A stretch of DNA of 64,000 bases from Octopus vulgaris (taxonomy: Eukaryota): positions 26,288,001-26,352,000 of the forward strand of contig OX597840.1 of assembly GCA_951406725.2 (NCBI GenBank), in the 5' to 3' direction. The translations under genes were made by a program, and so were the position numbers. Shown here piece after piece: positions 1 through 13,800 of the stretch (its first letter is position 1; each line of letters starts with the position of its first letter). The notes below the pieces were generated by a model. That model saw nothing but the letters and a program-made list of their open reading frames with translations. It ran no database searches and was not told the DNA's origin.

Positions 1-689
1 TCAAAAGACAGTTTGCTGAAGGCTGGAATGTCTTTGATGATACGTTTGCTGTATCAGGTTTGATTTGAGGTTAAATAACATTATATCTATATTAACTCCC
101 GCATGATTTTCACTAAGAAAAAAATCAAAATGTTAGATTTTTTTGTGTGGAATCAACTACCCTGACCTCATAATATGCTACAAAACAGGGTGAGGTGGAA
201 CCGATTTTTTTTTCACCTTAGAAAAAAACACATCAAGACAATGGAGAAGAGTTTGATATTATTTATTCAGCATTACATGTGTTTCATTTCCTAATAGGAA
301 TTACAAACATTTACATATAGAGAAAAAATGTAAAAGATTTCATCATCATCATCGTTTAGCGTCCGTTTTCCATGCTAGCATGGGTTGGACGGTTCTACTG
401 GGCCTTTAAGAAAATCTTTCACCATACATGTGTGTGTGTATATGTACCCTTGTCCAGATATTATGTGATGTTCGTAAAGGGCCATCATGACCGTCATACT
501 TGTGCAGTTGTTCACTTCCAGTCCTCTGCGTAAAATATGTTTCACCAGGGAAAATATTTCCTTGCTTGGAAACATGTGAAGATTGGTCACAAGAAAGGGA
601 CCCAGATGTAGAAAATCTCCATCAATGAATTCCATCTGATCCACAGAAGCAAGAATAGGAGAATTTTAAATGATGAGGATCATCATCAT

Positions 690-1455
<766 letters not shown>

Positions 1456-2229
1456 TCATGTATGAATCCATTTGTGAGTAGTTAGGCTACCGCTATAAGA
1501 GAATGATCTTCCACAGATATCACAGGAATATGGTTTCTCTCCTGCATGGATAAGTTTGTGTTGAGTTAAGCCACTGTCCTGAGAGAATGACTTACCACAG
1601 ACATCACAAGAATATGGTTTCTCACCTGTATGAACACGTTTGTGTGATGTTAAACTACAGCTTTGAGAGAAGGATTTACCACAGATATCACAGGTATATG
1701 GTTTCTCTCCTGTATGAACACGTTTGTGATTCGTTAAGCTTCCGCTTCGAGAGAATGATTTATCACAGATATCACAGTGATATGGTTTGTCCCCTGTATG
1801 AACCCGTACGTGAGTAGTTAAGTTACCTTCTTGAGTGAATGATTTACCACAGATATCACATTCATATGGTTTGTCCCCTCTATGAACCAGTCTGTGAGTA
1901 GTTAAGTTACCTTCTTGATAGAATGATTTACCACAGATATCACATTGATATGTTTTGTCCACTGTATGAATACGTATGTGAATAGCTAAGCTATGATTAC
2001 GAGAGAATGATTTACCACAGATATCACAGTGATATGGTTTCCTCCTTGTATGAATAAGTTTGTGCTGAGTTAAGTTACTGCTATTAGAGAATGATTTACC
2101 ACAGATATCACAGGGATATGGTTGTTCCCCTGAATGAATTTGCTTGTGTTGATTGAATTTACTTTCTTCTAAGAATGACTCTTTGCAGATGTCACAGTCA
2201 TATGATGATTTTCCTAATTCTTCCGACAT
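1456..2229 (-). CDS. C2H2 zinc-finger protein (ZNF-A), 9 tandem fingers, single coding exon
   Basis: 257-aa ORF with nine CxxC-x12-HxxxH units and TGEKPY-type linkers; splice acceptor (ttctttcag) at 2659-2661 opens the coding exon at 2658. Confidence 0.93.
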   Translation of the reverse strand: MSEELGKSSYDCDICKESFLEESKFNQHKQIHSGEQPYPCDICGKSFSNSSNLTQHKLIHTRRKPYHCDICGKSFSRNHSLAIHIRIHTVDKTYQCDICGKSFYQEGNLTTHRLVHRGDKPYECDICGKSFTQEGNLTTHVRVHTGDKPYHCDICDKSFSRSGSLTNHKRVHTGEKPYTCDICGKSFSQSCSLTSHKRVHTGEKPYSCDVCGKSFSQDSGLTQHKLIHAGEKPYSCDICGRSFSYSGSLTTHKWIHT

Positions 2230-3743
2230 CTCTTCAAGAAAAATATAATCAATCCTTCAAGTTGTACAGATCAACAACTTTTCAAAAATATTTCTCCTCT
2301 CACCAAAATATATGGATATTTTTCTTATTTTTGCTTTTATAGTTTATTCCAAACAAATATCACTTCTCTTATATTTCTTCTAAATGTGATCAATGCCAAT
2401 ATTTAAAAATGCCACAAATACTCTTTGTAAATCTATCAAAGTATATTTAAAAGAGAAAATTATCTCTTGCACATTTCAGACACAGAAGTAAAGAAATGCT
2501 TTCTCTCTCAGAGGAAATATTTTACTGTAACTCAGCAATGTTGTATAGAAGCAGGATTATACGTTTGTCAAATATCTTTGCAGAGTCTTTCAAACATGAC
2601 ACACATTGATGATTCTTTAAAAGTAAAAAATACTTTTTAGCCAATTTCATGTGATTTTCTGAAAGAATAGAAAAAATAATATAAGACATCAAGTATGTTT
2701 AAAAGGCAGATATTCAAAAGTGCAAATTTACAACATTTCTGTTTTCATAAATTGTAGAAGTAATTCTTTATCTGAACTATTAAATTTATCCCATTTCTGC
2801 ATTACCGAAATGTTTATATCATCGAGTAGACACATCTATTATAATACCAACTCCTGGAATATAAAGTCTGTCATAGACACACTTCCACACACACTAATAT
2901 ACATATAAATGACACTAGATTTCTGATGTTTTCATTGCAGTCTTGTATCTTTGTTTGCTAAAACAGACATCGCTCTTTCTCTACCTTCATCATCATCGTT
3001 TAACATCTGCTTTCCACACTGGCATGGGTTGTGAGGTTTGACTGAGGACTGGCAAGCCATGAGGCTGAACAAGGTTTCAATCTTATCAGGCAAGATTTCT
3101 ACGTCTGCACATCAGAGTGACAAAGAAACTAGGGAGGTATCAGGTGGTCGTGAAATGCGCGAAAAATAACAGCTAAATAGCTTTTAAAGCACACAGTTTT
3201 TGCTTTTTTGTTGAATTCTCGTGTGTAGAATATGTATTTGCAAAAATTTTCTGAAAATTCCGGAAAAAACAAAACAAACCCGAGATATTAATTGTAAGTT
3301 GTAATGATGCAGAAGAACCGCCAGAAATAAAGACTTCCTATGTCTCAAATAAAAGCCATTTCCTCTCGATACGATATTTGCTTTTCGTTTCAGTATTTCA
3401 AGTGCACACTCGTATTTTTATACATTCCCCATTTCTTACTAATTACATCGTAATTTTCCCGCATTTAACGAAATCGTCGAATTTACACGTTAGAAAGAAA
3501 GATAAATGTTATCTAAACAAGGGATTGATCCGACGTTTTTACAAATAATTTAGAAAATAACCAAAAGTGCAATGAAATGTCTAAAAGAAAACGACAACAC
3601 AATGAAAGTATTAAAATTACAGCCTTACTTTCATGTAATTTCGTCTTTGCTTAGTGAGATTCTTTCTTTTGACTTATTCAACACAAGGAAACAAACAGAT
3701 GTACGTAATATGATACTTAATACAATAGAAATGTCTTTATAAT

Positions 3744-3970
3744 ACTTACATAGTAATTGATATAAAGAGAGAGTCAACGAGTCAGAGCGGACTCTGACAG
3801 CTTCAAGAGAATTTCTTCCTTTCTCACAACGAACGTTACTTCATATTTCGCAGGTCAATGTAATAGAAAATGCTGTATCTGTTTGTTTAGACAGTTAATT
3901 ACCAATCATTTGTATATATTTGATTGGGTTTTCCTCTTAAATATCAGTCGTAAAGTGGAACTGATCAAAC
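3744..3970 (-). promoter_or_regulatory. Putative promoter and non-coding exon 1 of ZNF-A
   Basis: GTAAGT donor at 3749-3744; opposed CCAAT/ATTGG boxes near 3902 and 3923; the block is homologous to 12310-12524 upstream of ZNF-B. Confidence 0.6.
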
Positions 3971-4079
3971 AATCAAGGTGCGTGAGGAACAAGAGCAAGA
4001 AATACAATTAATTAGGAAGGATTAATTGTGAACAAGGGGAACTAACTCCAGTCATAAACCACAAAACACACCATTACTC

Positions 4080-4500
4080 ACTCACTCTATCTACCTCCCT
4101 TTCTCTCACTCCTTCTCTCTCTCCTTCCCCCACTCCACCTTTTTCTCTTTCTCTGTAGCTCCCACTCCTCTTTCTCCAGCTTCCACTCCACGTCTATCTC
4201 TCTCTCTAGCTCTGACTCCCTCGCTCTCTCTATCTAGCTCCCACTCCACCTCTCTCTCTAGCTTCCTATCCTTTTCTCTCTCTAGCTTTCTTTTCCTCTC
4301 TCTCTCCAGCACCTCTCCACCTTCATCCCTCTAGCTCCCTCCCCTCCTCTCTCTGTAGTTTCCACTCCACCTCTCTCTTTAGCTCAATATCCTTTTCTCT
4401 CTCTAGCTCCCACTCCTTCTCTCTCTCCAGCTCCCACTCCACCTCTCTCTCTCTAGCTCCCACTCCTTCTCTCTCTCTAGCTCCCACTCCTCCTCTCCCT
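4080..4500. repeat. Polypyrimidine CT-rich minisatellite
   Basis: Repeated ctctctagctcccactcc(a/t)-like units; the plus strand is strongly pyrimidine-rich. Confidence 0.85.
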
Positions 4501-4684
4501 CAGCAGACGACATCGAAGCTTCCTTCTGAACGGCTGAACATTTCTTTCGCTCCAAATAAATAAAAATGATTTCTTTTGCAGCTTAGACATCCAGAAATCA
4601 ATGTATTCCAGTCATTTCTGCAGGTATGTAAAACATTGTTTTCATAAACTTTAAAACTTCTTTCACAATAATAATAATAATAAT

Positions 4685-5081
4685 AGGAGTGGCTGTGTGG
4701 TAAGTAGCTTGCTTACCAACCACATGGTTCCGGGTTCAGTCCCACTGCGTGGCACCTTGGGCAAGTGTCTTCTGCTATAGCCCCGGGCCGACAAATGCCT
4801 TGTGAGTGGATTTGGTAGACGGAAACTGAAAGAAGCCCGTCGTATATATGTATATATATATATATATATGCATTTGTGTGTCTGTGTTTGTCCCCCTAGC
4901 ATTGCTTGACAACCGATGCTGGTGTGTTTACGTCTTCGTAACTTAGCGGTTCGGCAAAAGAGACCGATAGAATAAGTACTGGGCTTACAAAAGAATAAGT
5001 CCCGGGGTCGATTTGCTTCACTTAAAGGCAGTGCTCCAGCATGGCCGCAGTCAAATGACTGAAACAATTAAAAGAGTAAAG
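4685..5081 (+). mobile_element. tRNA-derived SINE family 1 (CORE-like), full length
   Basis: Box A TGGCTGTGTGG, box B GGTTCAGTCCC, CCTTGGGCAAGT core, internal (TA/TG)n, tail gactgaaacaa..aaaagagta; more than 20 copies in the window. Confidence 0.9.
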
Positions 5082-5132
5082 GTTTATTTTTTTCTCCAGA
5101 CATCGTTACCACCAACTTTTATCAATTGACAT

Positions 5133-6110
5133 CTTGGAAAGAAATTTTCTCCACAAATTTCTTAATAATTGTTATGTATGCCATTTGAAAGGTGTCTGTA
5201 TAAACTTTTATCGAAAAAAAACTTCATTTTCCCAAAAGTTACGAGAGAAAAGCTCGGATCTTGTGAATTTTCCGAGGTCGTCTGGTTGCCTCTTGCAAGA
5301 AATTTTCTCCACAAATTTCTTAATAATTGTTATGTATGCCATTTGAAAGGTGTCTGTATAAACTTTTATCGAAAAAAACTTCATTTTCCCAAAAGTTACG
5401 AGAGAAAAGCTCGGATCTTGTGAATTTTCCGAGGTCGTCTGGTTGCCTCTTGCAAGAAATTTTCTCCACAAATTTCTTAATAATTGTTATGTATGCCATT
5501 TGAAAGGTGGCTGTATAAACTTTTATCGAAAAAAAACTTCATTTTCCCAAAAGTTACGAGAGAAAAGCACGGATCTTGTGAATTTTCCGAGGTCTCCTGT
5601 CCGCCCTCTTGCAAGAAATTTTTTCCACAAATTTCTTTATAATTGTTATGTATGCCATTTGAAAGGTGTCTGTATAAACTTTTATTGAAAAAAAACTTCA
5701 TTTTCCCAAAAGTTACGAGAGAAAAGCTCGGATCTTGTGAATTTTCCGAGGTCGTCTGGTTGCCTCTTGCAAGAAATTTTCTCCACAAATTTCTTAATAA
5801 TTGTTATGTATGCCATTTGAAAGGTGTCTGTATAAACTTTTATCGAAAAAAAACTTCATTTTCCCAAAAGTTACGAGAGAAAAGCTCGGATCTTGTGAAT
5901 TTTCCGAGGTCGTCTGGTTGCCTCTTGCAAGAAATTTTCTCCACAAATTTCTTAATAATTGTTATGTATGCCATTTGAAAGGTGTCTGTATAAACTTTTA
6001 TCGAAAAAAAACTTCATTTTCCCAAAAGTTACGAGAGAAAAGCTCGGATCTTGTGAATTTTACGAGGTCCTCTGGTCGCCCTCTTGCAAGAGATATTCAC
6101 CAGAAATTTC
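5133..6110. repeat. Tandem satellite array A, about 158-bp unit x6
   Basis: Unit starts at about 5133, 5292, 5449, 5608, 5766, 5924 and 6083; copies are nearly identical. Confidence 0.97.
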
Positions 6111-6559
6111 ATTGCCATCGTCAAATATGAGGTTTGAAAGTTACTTCTATAAATAAATTCATTGAAAAATAAATTCGAAGGATTAACATTGCAAAAGGTC
6201 ATATATTATTTCCGTAAACTCTATTTAAAATCAAGAAGCTGCAACAATCATCTTCATCTTCTTCACAATATTTGTATCCTTTATAAAAGAAGCTGCTGTT
6301 GCTATTTTTCTGAATTTATTTTACATTGTTTACACCCAGATTGGAACTTTTACTGTGCCTTGCACCAGAAAACATTATAGATTATCTAAAGACAAAACAT
6401 ATCACCAATGATGATGATGAATTTTCAAAATTCTAGTCGTTCTATTGACGGGTTTGTCAATAGAACGTGCGCTAAATGGAAGAAATAAAAAGTTCTTTCC
6501 ATCAGGAAAGGTACATTTTCAGAAAACTTTAAGCTGCCATTATATGTAAATTTTCATTT

Positions 6560-7665
6560 CCAGGTAGAGGTAGGGGTCCACCAAGGCTCATTCCTCAACC
6601 CCCTCCTATTTATCATAGTCCAGGCAATAATGGAGGAATTCAAGACAGGATGCCTCTTAGAGCTCCTCTATGCTGATGACCTTGCTCTAATTGCTGAGTC
6701 ACTATCAGAACTGGAGGAGAAGTTTCAGGTGTGGAAGCAAGGATTAGAATTGAAGGGCCTTAGAGTCAATCTAGCTAAAACCAAAGTCCTAATAAGTAGG
6801 AAGGTAGACAAATCATAAACGCCATCAGGTAGATGGCCCTGCTTGATCTGTAGAAAAGGCGTAGGTAGAAACTCTATAAGACGCACCAAGTGTAAGCTAT
6901 GGACACATAAGAGGTGCGGCAATGTCAAAGGAAGGCTAACTAGGAAGATAGTTTTTGTATGTGGCAGATGCTCAGGAGCAATAAACACTGAAAATGCTCT
7001 GAGACCAACTTCTGCCACATTCCAGGGAGAAAAACTAGAAATAGTTGATAGCTTCCGTTACCTAGGTGACCAAGTCAGTAGCGGGGGCGGGTGTGCTGAA
7101 AGTGTAACTGCTAGAGTAATAATAGCCTGGGCAAAGTTCAGAGAACTCTTACCCCTGCTGGTGACAAAAGGCCTCTCGCTCAGAGTAAAAGGCAGACTGT
7201 ATGATGCATGTGTACGAACAGCCATGCTACATGGTAGTGAAACATGGGCTGTGACTGCTGAGGATATGTGTAAGCTCGCAAGAAATAAAGCCAGTATGTT
7301 TTGATGGATGTGTAATGTCAGTGTTCATACTCAACAGAGTGTAAGTACTTTGAGAGAAAAGTTGGACCTAAGAAGCATCAGTTGTGGTGTGCAAGAGAGA
7401 CGTTTGCACTGATATGGTCATGTGGCAAGCATGGATGAAGATAGTTGTGTGAAAAAGTGCCACACCCTAGCGGTTGAGGGAACCTGTGGAAGAGGGAAAC
7501 CCAGGTAAACCTGGGAGGAGGTGGTGAAGCACGACCTTTGAACTTTAGGTCTCACCAAGGAAATGACCGAGACCTTTGGAAGTTTGCTGTGCATGAGAAG
7601 TCCCGGCAGGACAAGTGAGACCATAACCCGTGGCCTCTACATGGGATGTAGCCAGTCCACTTATG
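6560..7665 (+). mobile_element. 5'-truncated RTE-clade LINE (RT C-terminal half plus start of 3' UTR), inactivated
   Basis: QGS, LLYADDL, GLRVNLAKTKV, Cys/His finger, FRYLGD, LHGSETW and (W)YGHV motifs; internal stop codons. Confidence 0.92.
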
Positions 7666-9198
7666 AGGGAAATGCTCAGATCCTGTGAATTTATAAAAAC
7701 CATCTCCCCACCCTTTTTGGAAAAGACTGTCCCCATGAAATTCTAGGTAATCTGAATGTATGCCAAAAGAAATGCATTTCCATTAAATTTCATTGAAGAA
7801 AACCCAAATTTTTCTTAAAGATACGAGGGAAACGCTTGGATCTTATGAATTTCCAGAAAACATCTTCCCACCCTTTTTCGAAAAGACTGTCCCCATAAAA
7901 TTCTAGGTAATCTGAATGTATGCCAAAAGAAATGCATTTCCATTCAATTTCATTGAAGAAAACCCAAATTTTTCTTAAAGATACGAGGGAAACGCTTGGA
8001 TCTTATGAATTTCCAGAAAACATCTTCCCACCCTTTTTCGAAAAGACTGTCCCCATAAAATTCTAGGTAATCTGAATGTATGCCAAAAGAAATGCATTTC
8101 CATTCAATTTCATTGAAGAAAACCCAAATTTTTCTTAAAGATACGAGGGAAACGCTTGGATCTTATGAATTTCCAGAAAACATCTTCCCACCCTTTTTCG
8201 AAAAGACTGTCCCCATGAAATTCTAGGTAATCTGAATGTATGCCAAAAGAAATGCATTTCCATTAAATTTCATTGAAGAAAACCCAAATTTTTCTTAAAG
8301 ATACGAGGGAAACATGGGATCTTATGAATTTCCAGAAAACATCTTCCCACCCTTTTTGGAAAAGACTGTCCCCATAAAATTCTAGGTAATCTGAATGTAT
8401 GCCAAAAGAAATGCATTTCCATTAAATTTCATTGAAGAAAACCCAAATTTTTCTTAAAGATACGAGGGAAAAACTCGGATCTTATGAATTTCCAGAAAAC
8501 ATCTTCCCACCCTTTTTGGAAAAGACTGTCCCCATAAAATTCTAGGTAATCTGAATGTATGCCAAAAGAAATGCATTTCCATTAAATTTCATTGAAGGAA
8601 ACCCAAAATTTTCTTAAAGATACGAGGGAAATGCTGGGATCTTATGAATTTCCAGAAAACATCTTCCCACCCTTTTTCGAAAAGACTGTCCCCATAAAAT
8701 TCTATGTAATCTGAATGTATGCCAAAAGAAATGCATTTCCATTAAATTTCAATGAAGAAAACCCAAATTTTTCTTAAAGATACAAGGGAAATGCTGGGAT
8801 CTTATGAATTTCCAGAAAACATCTTCCCACCCTTTTTCGAAAAGACTGTCCCCATAAAATTCTATGTAATCTGAATGTATGCCAAAAGAAATGCATTTCC
8901 ATTAAATTTCAATGAAGAAAACCCAAAATTTTCTTAAAGATACGAGGGAAACGCTGGGATCTTATGAATTTCCAGAAAACATCTTCCCAACCTTTTTGGA
9001 AAAGACTGTCCCCATAAAATTCTAGGTAATCTGAATGTATGCCAAAAGAAATGCATTTCCATTAAATTTCATTGAAGAAAACCCAAATTTTTCTTAAAGA
9101 TACGAGGGAAATGCTGGGATCTTATGAATTTCCAGAAAACATCTTCCCAACCTTTTTCGAAAAGACTCTCCCCATAAAATTCTAGGTAATCTGAATGT
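7665..9198. repeat. Tandem satellite array B, 160-bp unit x about 9.6
   Basis: aaagactgtcccc recurs at about 7722, 7882, 8042, 8202, 8361, 8521, 8681, 8841, 9001 and (variant) 9161. Confidence 0.97.
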
Positions 9199-9385
9199 CA
9201 CCTCTTCCCTAAGGCCCAGTATCTTGAGATTAGTCTTCAACACTTCATCCCATGTCCTCCTGGGCCACACTGTTCCACGAGATCTATCCACTTCTCGTGG
9301 AACAGTGTGGCCCAGGAGGACATGGGATGAAGTGTTGAAGACTAATGTCAAGATACTGGGCCTTAGGGAAGAGGTGACATTCAGA
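9190..9385. repeat. Near-perfect foldback (about 92-bp arms) of an RTE ORF C-terminal fragment
   Basis: Both strands encode RGTVWPRRTWDEVLKTN.KILGLREEVT; loop of about 10 nt. Confidence 0.9.
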
Positions 9386-9640
9386 GGTGCTTTTTACGTG
9401 CCACCAACACAGGTACCAGAGGAGGCTGGCGAACGGCCACGCTCGGATGGTACTTTTTACGTGCCACTGGCACGGAGGCCAGGCGAGGCTGGCAACGGCC
9501 ACAATCGGATGCTGTTTGTTACGTGCCACCGGCACGGAGGCCAGCCGAGGCGGTGCTGGCTACGGCCACGTTCGGATGGTTCTCCTACGTGCCACCGGCA
9601 TCACAACTACAAATTCCATTGATGTTGATCGATTTCGATT
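9385..9640 (-). mobile_element. RTE LINE 3' UTR fragment
   Basis: Internal gtgccacc..ggccacg.tcggatgg subrepeats shared with 36178-36557. Confidence 0.8.
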
Positions 9641-9759
9641 TTTTCATATATATATACCGGAGTAAACACATAAATGTGAAACAAGGTGGAAAAAGAGTAC
9701 TCAAATACCAGTGGTAGAGAAATATGCTTTATTTAAAGCAGCAGAAAATTCAACAAAAT

Positions 9760-9797
9760 CTGTTACTCTGAGTTTCTCGTTGCCGTTCATCAGACAG
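9760..9797 (-). ncRNA. Type I hammerhead ribozyme motif (family H1) in a TA-flanked foldback element (about 9650-9840)
   Basis: CTGT-CTGATGA-ACG GCAA CGA-GAAA-CTC A GAG-TA-ACAG. Confidence 0.75.
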
Positions 9798-9839
9798 TTT
9801 TTGCTAGAAATTTCTAAATTTTCTGCTGCTTTAAATAAA

Positions 9840-9886
<47 letters not shown>

Positions 9887-10085
9887 TAGGGTTATAATCT
9901 AAATTGTGTTGTCTTGAAGTATATATGTTTATTCCAGAACACCAAAGTTATATGTATATTTGTGCTAGGTATGCAGTAAGAGTTGAAAAATACTGGAAAA
10001 TAGCTTTTAAGAAACACAGGAGATTGGGGAACGTTTTGGTGTTATTTATTCACAATTACATGCATTTACAAAATTTTATACATAG

Positions 10086-10470
10086 AGGCGCAGGAGTGGC
10101 TGTGTGGTAAGTAGCTTGCTAACCAACCACATGGTTCCGGGTTCAGTCCCACTGCGTGGCATCTTGGGCAAGTGTCTTCTGCTATAGCCCCGGGCCGACC
10201 AAAGCCTTGTGAGTGGATTTGGTAGACGGAAACTGAAAGAAGCCCATTGTATATATATATATGCGTGTGTGTTTGTGTTTGTCCCCCTAGCATTGCTTGA
10301 CACCCGATGCTGGTGTGTTTACGTCCCCGTCACTTAGCGGTTCGGCAAAAGAGACCAATAGAATAAGTACTGGGCTTACAAAGAATAAGTCCCGGGGTCG
10401 ATTTGCTCGATTTAAAGGTGGTGCTCCAGCATGGCCGCGGTCAGGTGGCTGAAACAAGCAAAAGAGAGAG
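10086..10470 (+). mobile_element. SINE family 1
   Basis: Same head, core and tail as 4685-5081. Confidence 0.9.
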
Positions 10471-10604
10471 AAAACAAACATGTCAGATATCTCTTATTAG
10501 AAATTATTCATACATACAAACATCACTTATTGTCCACTTTCCATGCTGGGATTGGAACTGGCAAGCTTCAGAACTGCACCAAGTTGCACTCTGATTTGGC
10601 AATG

Positions 10605-11630
<1,026 letters not shown>

Positions 11631-11758
11631 CGCTTCCCCTAGGTTTGGTCATCGATCGCCACTATTTATCCCAAGTCTTGGATAAACATCTTATCGACAA
11701 TGACGTGTATTTTGTTTGAAACATCTGTAATTTACAGCGAAAGATTTTGGTTTTCCTC

Positions 11759-12140
11759 AGGCACAGGAGTGGCTGTGTGGTAAGTAGCTTGCTAACCAAC
11801 CACATGGTTCTGGGTTCAGTCCCACTGCGTGGCACCTTGGGCAAGTGTCTTCTGCTATAGCCCCGGGCCAACCAATGCCTTGTGGGTGGATTTGGTAGAC
11901 AGAAACTGAAAGAAGCCCGTCGTATATATGTATTTGTTTGTGTGTCTGTGTTTGTCCCCCTAGCATTGCTTGACAACCGATGCTGGTGTGTTTACGTCTT
12001 CGTAACTTAGCGGTTCGGCAAAATAGACCGATAGGATAAGTACTGGGCTTACAAAGAATAAGTCCCGGGGTCGATTTGCTCGACTAAAGGCGGTGCTCCA
12101 GCATGGCCGCAGTCAAATGACTGAGACAAGTAAAAGAGTA
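11759..12140 (+). mobile_element. SINE family 1
   Basis: Full head, core and tail. Confidence 0.9.
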
Positions 12141-12309
12141 TATATACATGTGTATATATATATATATATACATGCATACATATATATATATATATATATA
12201 CACACACATATATATGTGAAATCAGACTTTATCCTGGTGAATGAAGAGTTAGTTCCCTTGTCAGTTAATTAAATTTTTGCCTTCTTTCTGTTTCACCGGC
12301 ACCAACACT

Positions 12310-12524
12310 ATTCGACCAGTTCCACTTTGCAACTGATATTTAAGAGAAAACCCAATTAATTATACATGATTGGCAATTAAATGCCTAAAGAAACAGATGC
12401 ATTTTTTATTATGTTGCCCTGAAAAATACAAATCGTTGTTTGCTGTAGAAACCTAGAAATTCTCTTCAAGTTGCCACCGTCCACCGCGACACATTCTCTC
12501 TCTCGTTATGGTAATATGGTAAGT
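12310..12524 (+). promoter_or_regulatory. Putative promoter and non-coding exon 1 of ZNF-B
   Basis: Reverse-complement homolog of 3744-3970 (cagttccacttt..actgatatttaagag.aaaacccaat..atgattgg.aattaa); GTAAGT donor at 12519; intron homology resumes at 13170-13390 versus 3285-3510. Confidence 0.62.
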
Positions 12525-12655
12525 ATTATATTTGTGTAAACATTTCTGTTGTATTCGTGTATTTATTAAATACACCTGATTCGATGTGTTGAGTAAGTTA
12601 AGAGAAAGAACCTCACAAAACAAAGGCCAAAATTATTGTTTACACAGCATTTCCC

Positions 12656-13123
12656 GGTACTATTTCAAAAGAGTGGTCCCGGTGCGTGCACTCGCGTAAG
12701 CTAGTCGTGACTAGTCGATCCTTTGTGTTTTATTTACTTTGTATAGAAAATTATATATTTTGTGTTTTATTTACTTTGCTAGGGAGTCGTTTTAGGATCG
12801 ACTAGTCACGACCAGCTAGCGCGTATGCGAGTGCGCGCACCGGAACCACTCTTCTTAAATAGTACCTTTCTTATTTTTGTTAACGTCATTTCCCGGTACT
12901 ATTTCAGAAGAGTGGTCCCGGTGCGCGCACTCGTGTACTCGCGCATCCGAAGGTAGCTAGTCGTGACTACTCGATCCTTACTTTGTGTAAAAAAAATTAT
13001 TTATTTTGTGTTTTATTTACTTTGCTTAGGTAGTCGTTTTAGGATCGACTAGTCACGACTAGCTAGCGCGGATGCTCGAGTATGCGAGTGCGCGCACCGG
13101 GACCACTCTTCTTAAATAGTACC
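12656..13123. mobile_element. Two tandem Merlin-type MITEs (12656-12866 and 12895-13123)
   Basis: Each starts GGTACTA and ends TAGTACC, with 65-80 bp TIRs around AT-rich tttatttactttg repeats; the flanks are duplicated with the element. Confidence 0.8.
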
Positions 13124-13415
13124 TTTCTTATTTTTGTTAAAGTCACATCAATACCTTCTTCACTCAACATTTCTTTTTATTCCTGACATGTAAATTCGAC
13201 AGTTTAAGTTGAATGTGTTAAAATTACGATGTAATTTGTAAGAAATGGGGAATATATAAAAATATGATTGTTTCCTTTAAATACCGAAACGAAATGGTAA
13301 TAACGCTTACTCAAGAAATGGAACGGCATTTATTTGAAACAAGTCTTTATTTCCGGCGGTTCTTTGTATCATTACAACTGACAATTAATATATTATTTTA
13401 TTAATTTATCAGAAA

Positions 13416-13763
13416 CTAGCAGTATCGCCCGGCGTTGCTCGGGTTTGTAAGGGAAATAACTATATAAGCATTTTTAGAGAGTTATAGCCAAAAAATAGCA
13501 ATAAAATGATGGTAATTTAAAAAAAAAATCGTTGACCTTTTTAGAGAGTTACTTATATAATAGCGAAAAAATGCATTAAAATGGAAAAAATGATGGTAAA
13601 TTTTTTTTAAAATTGTAGACGCGCGCTAATACCCAGAAGGGCTCGATATGAATCACGACTATAAGATACCCGGTTTTGGTTAAACTGCACCGCAAAATGT
13701 GGGAGTAGTTAGGAATCTAAATCGTAGGAGACAGACACACAACTTCACTTATATATATAAAGA
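13416..13763 (-). mobile_element. Non-autonomous Helitron (family He1)
   Basis: 5' TC, 3' CCCGAGCAACGCCGGG hairpin then CTAG, inserted between A and T. Confidence 0.85.
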
Positions 13764-13800
13764 TTACGTGGGTTTTCTCTCTTCACGATAAAAGATCTTT

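Noticed and set aside
4663-5067. Recurrent ORFs such as RLPNPLTRLWSARGYSRRHLPK
   Set aside because: Antisense reading of SINE family 1, with frames not conserved between copies.
5133-9198. Tandem arrays as a CRISPR array or repeat-protein genes
   Set aside because: Units are repeated whole with no unique spacers; no cas genes; eukaryotic context; ORFs have stops in most units.
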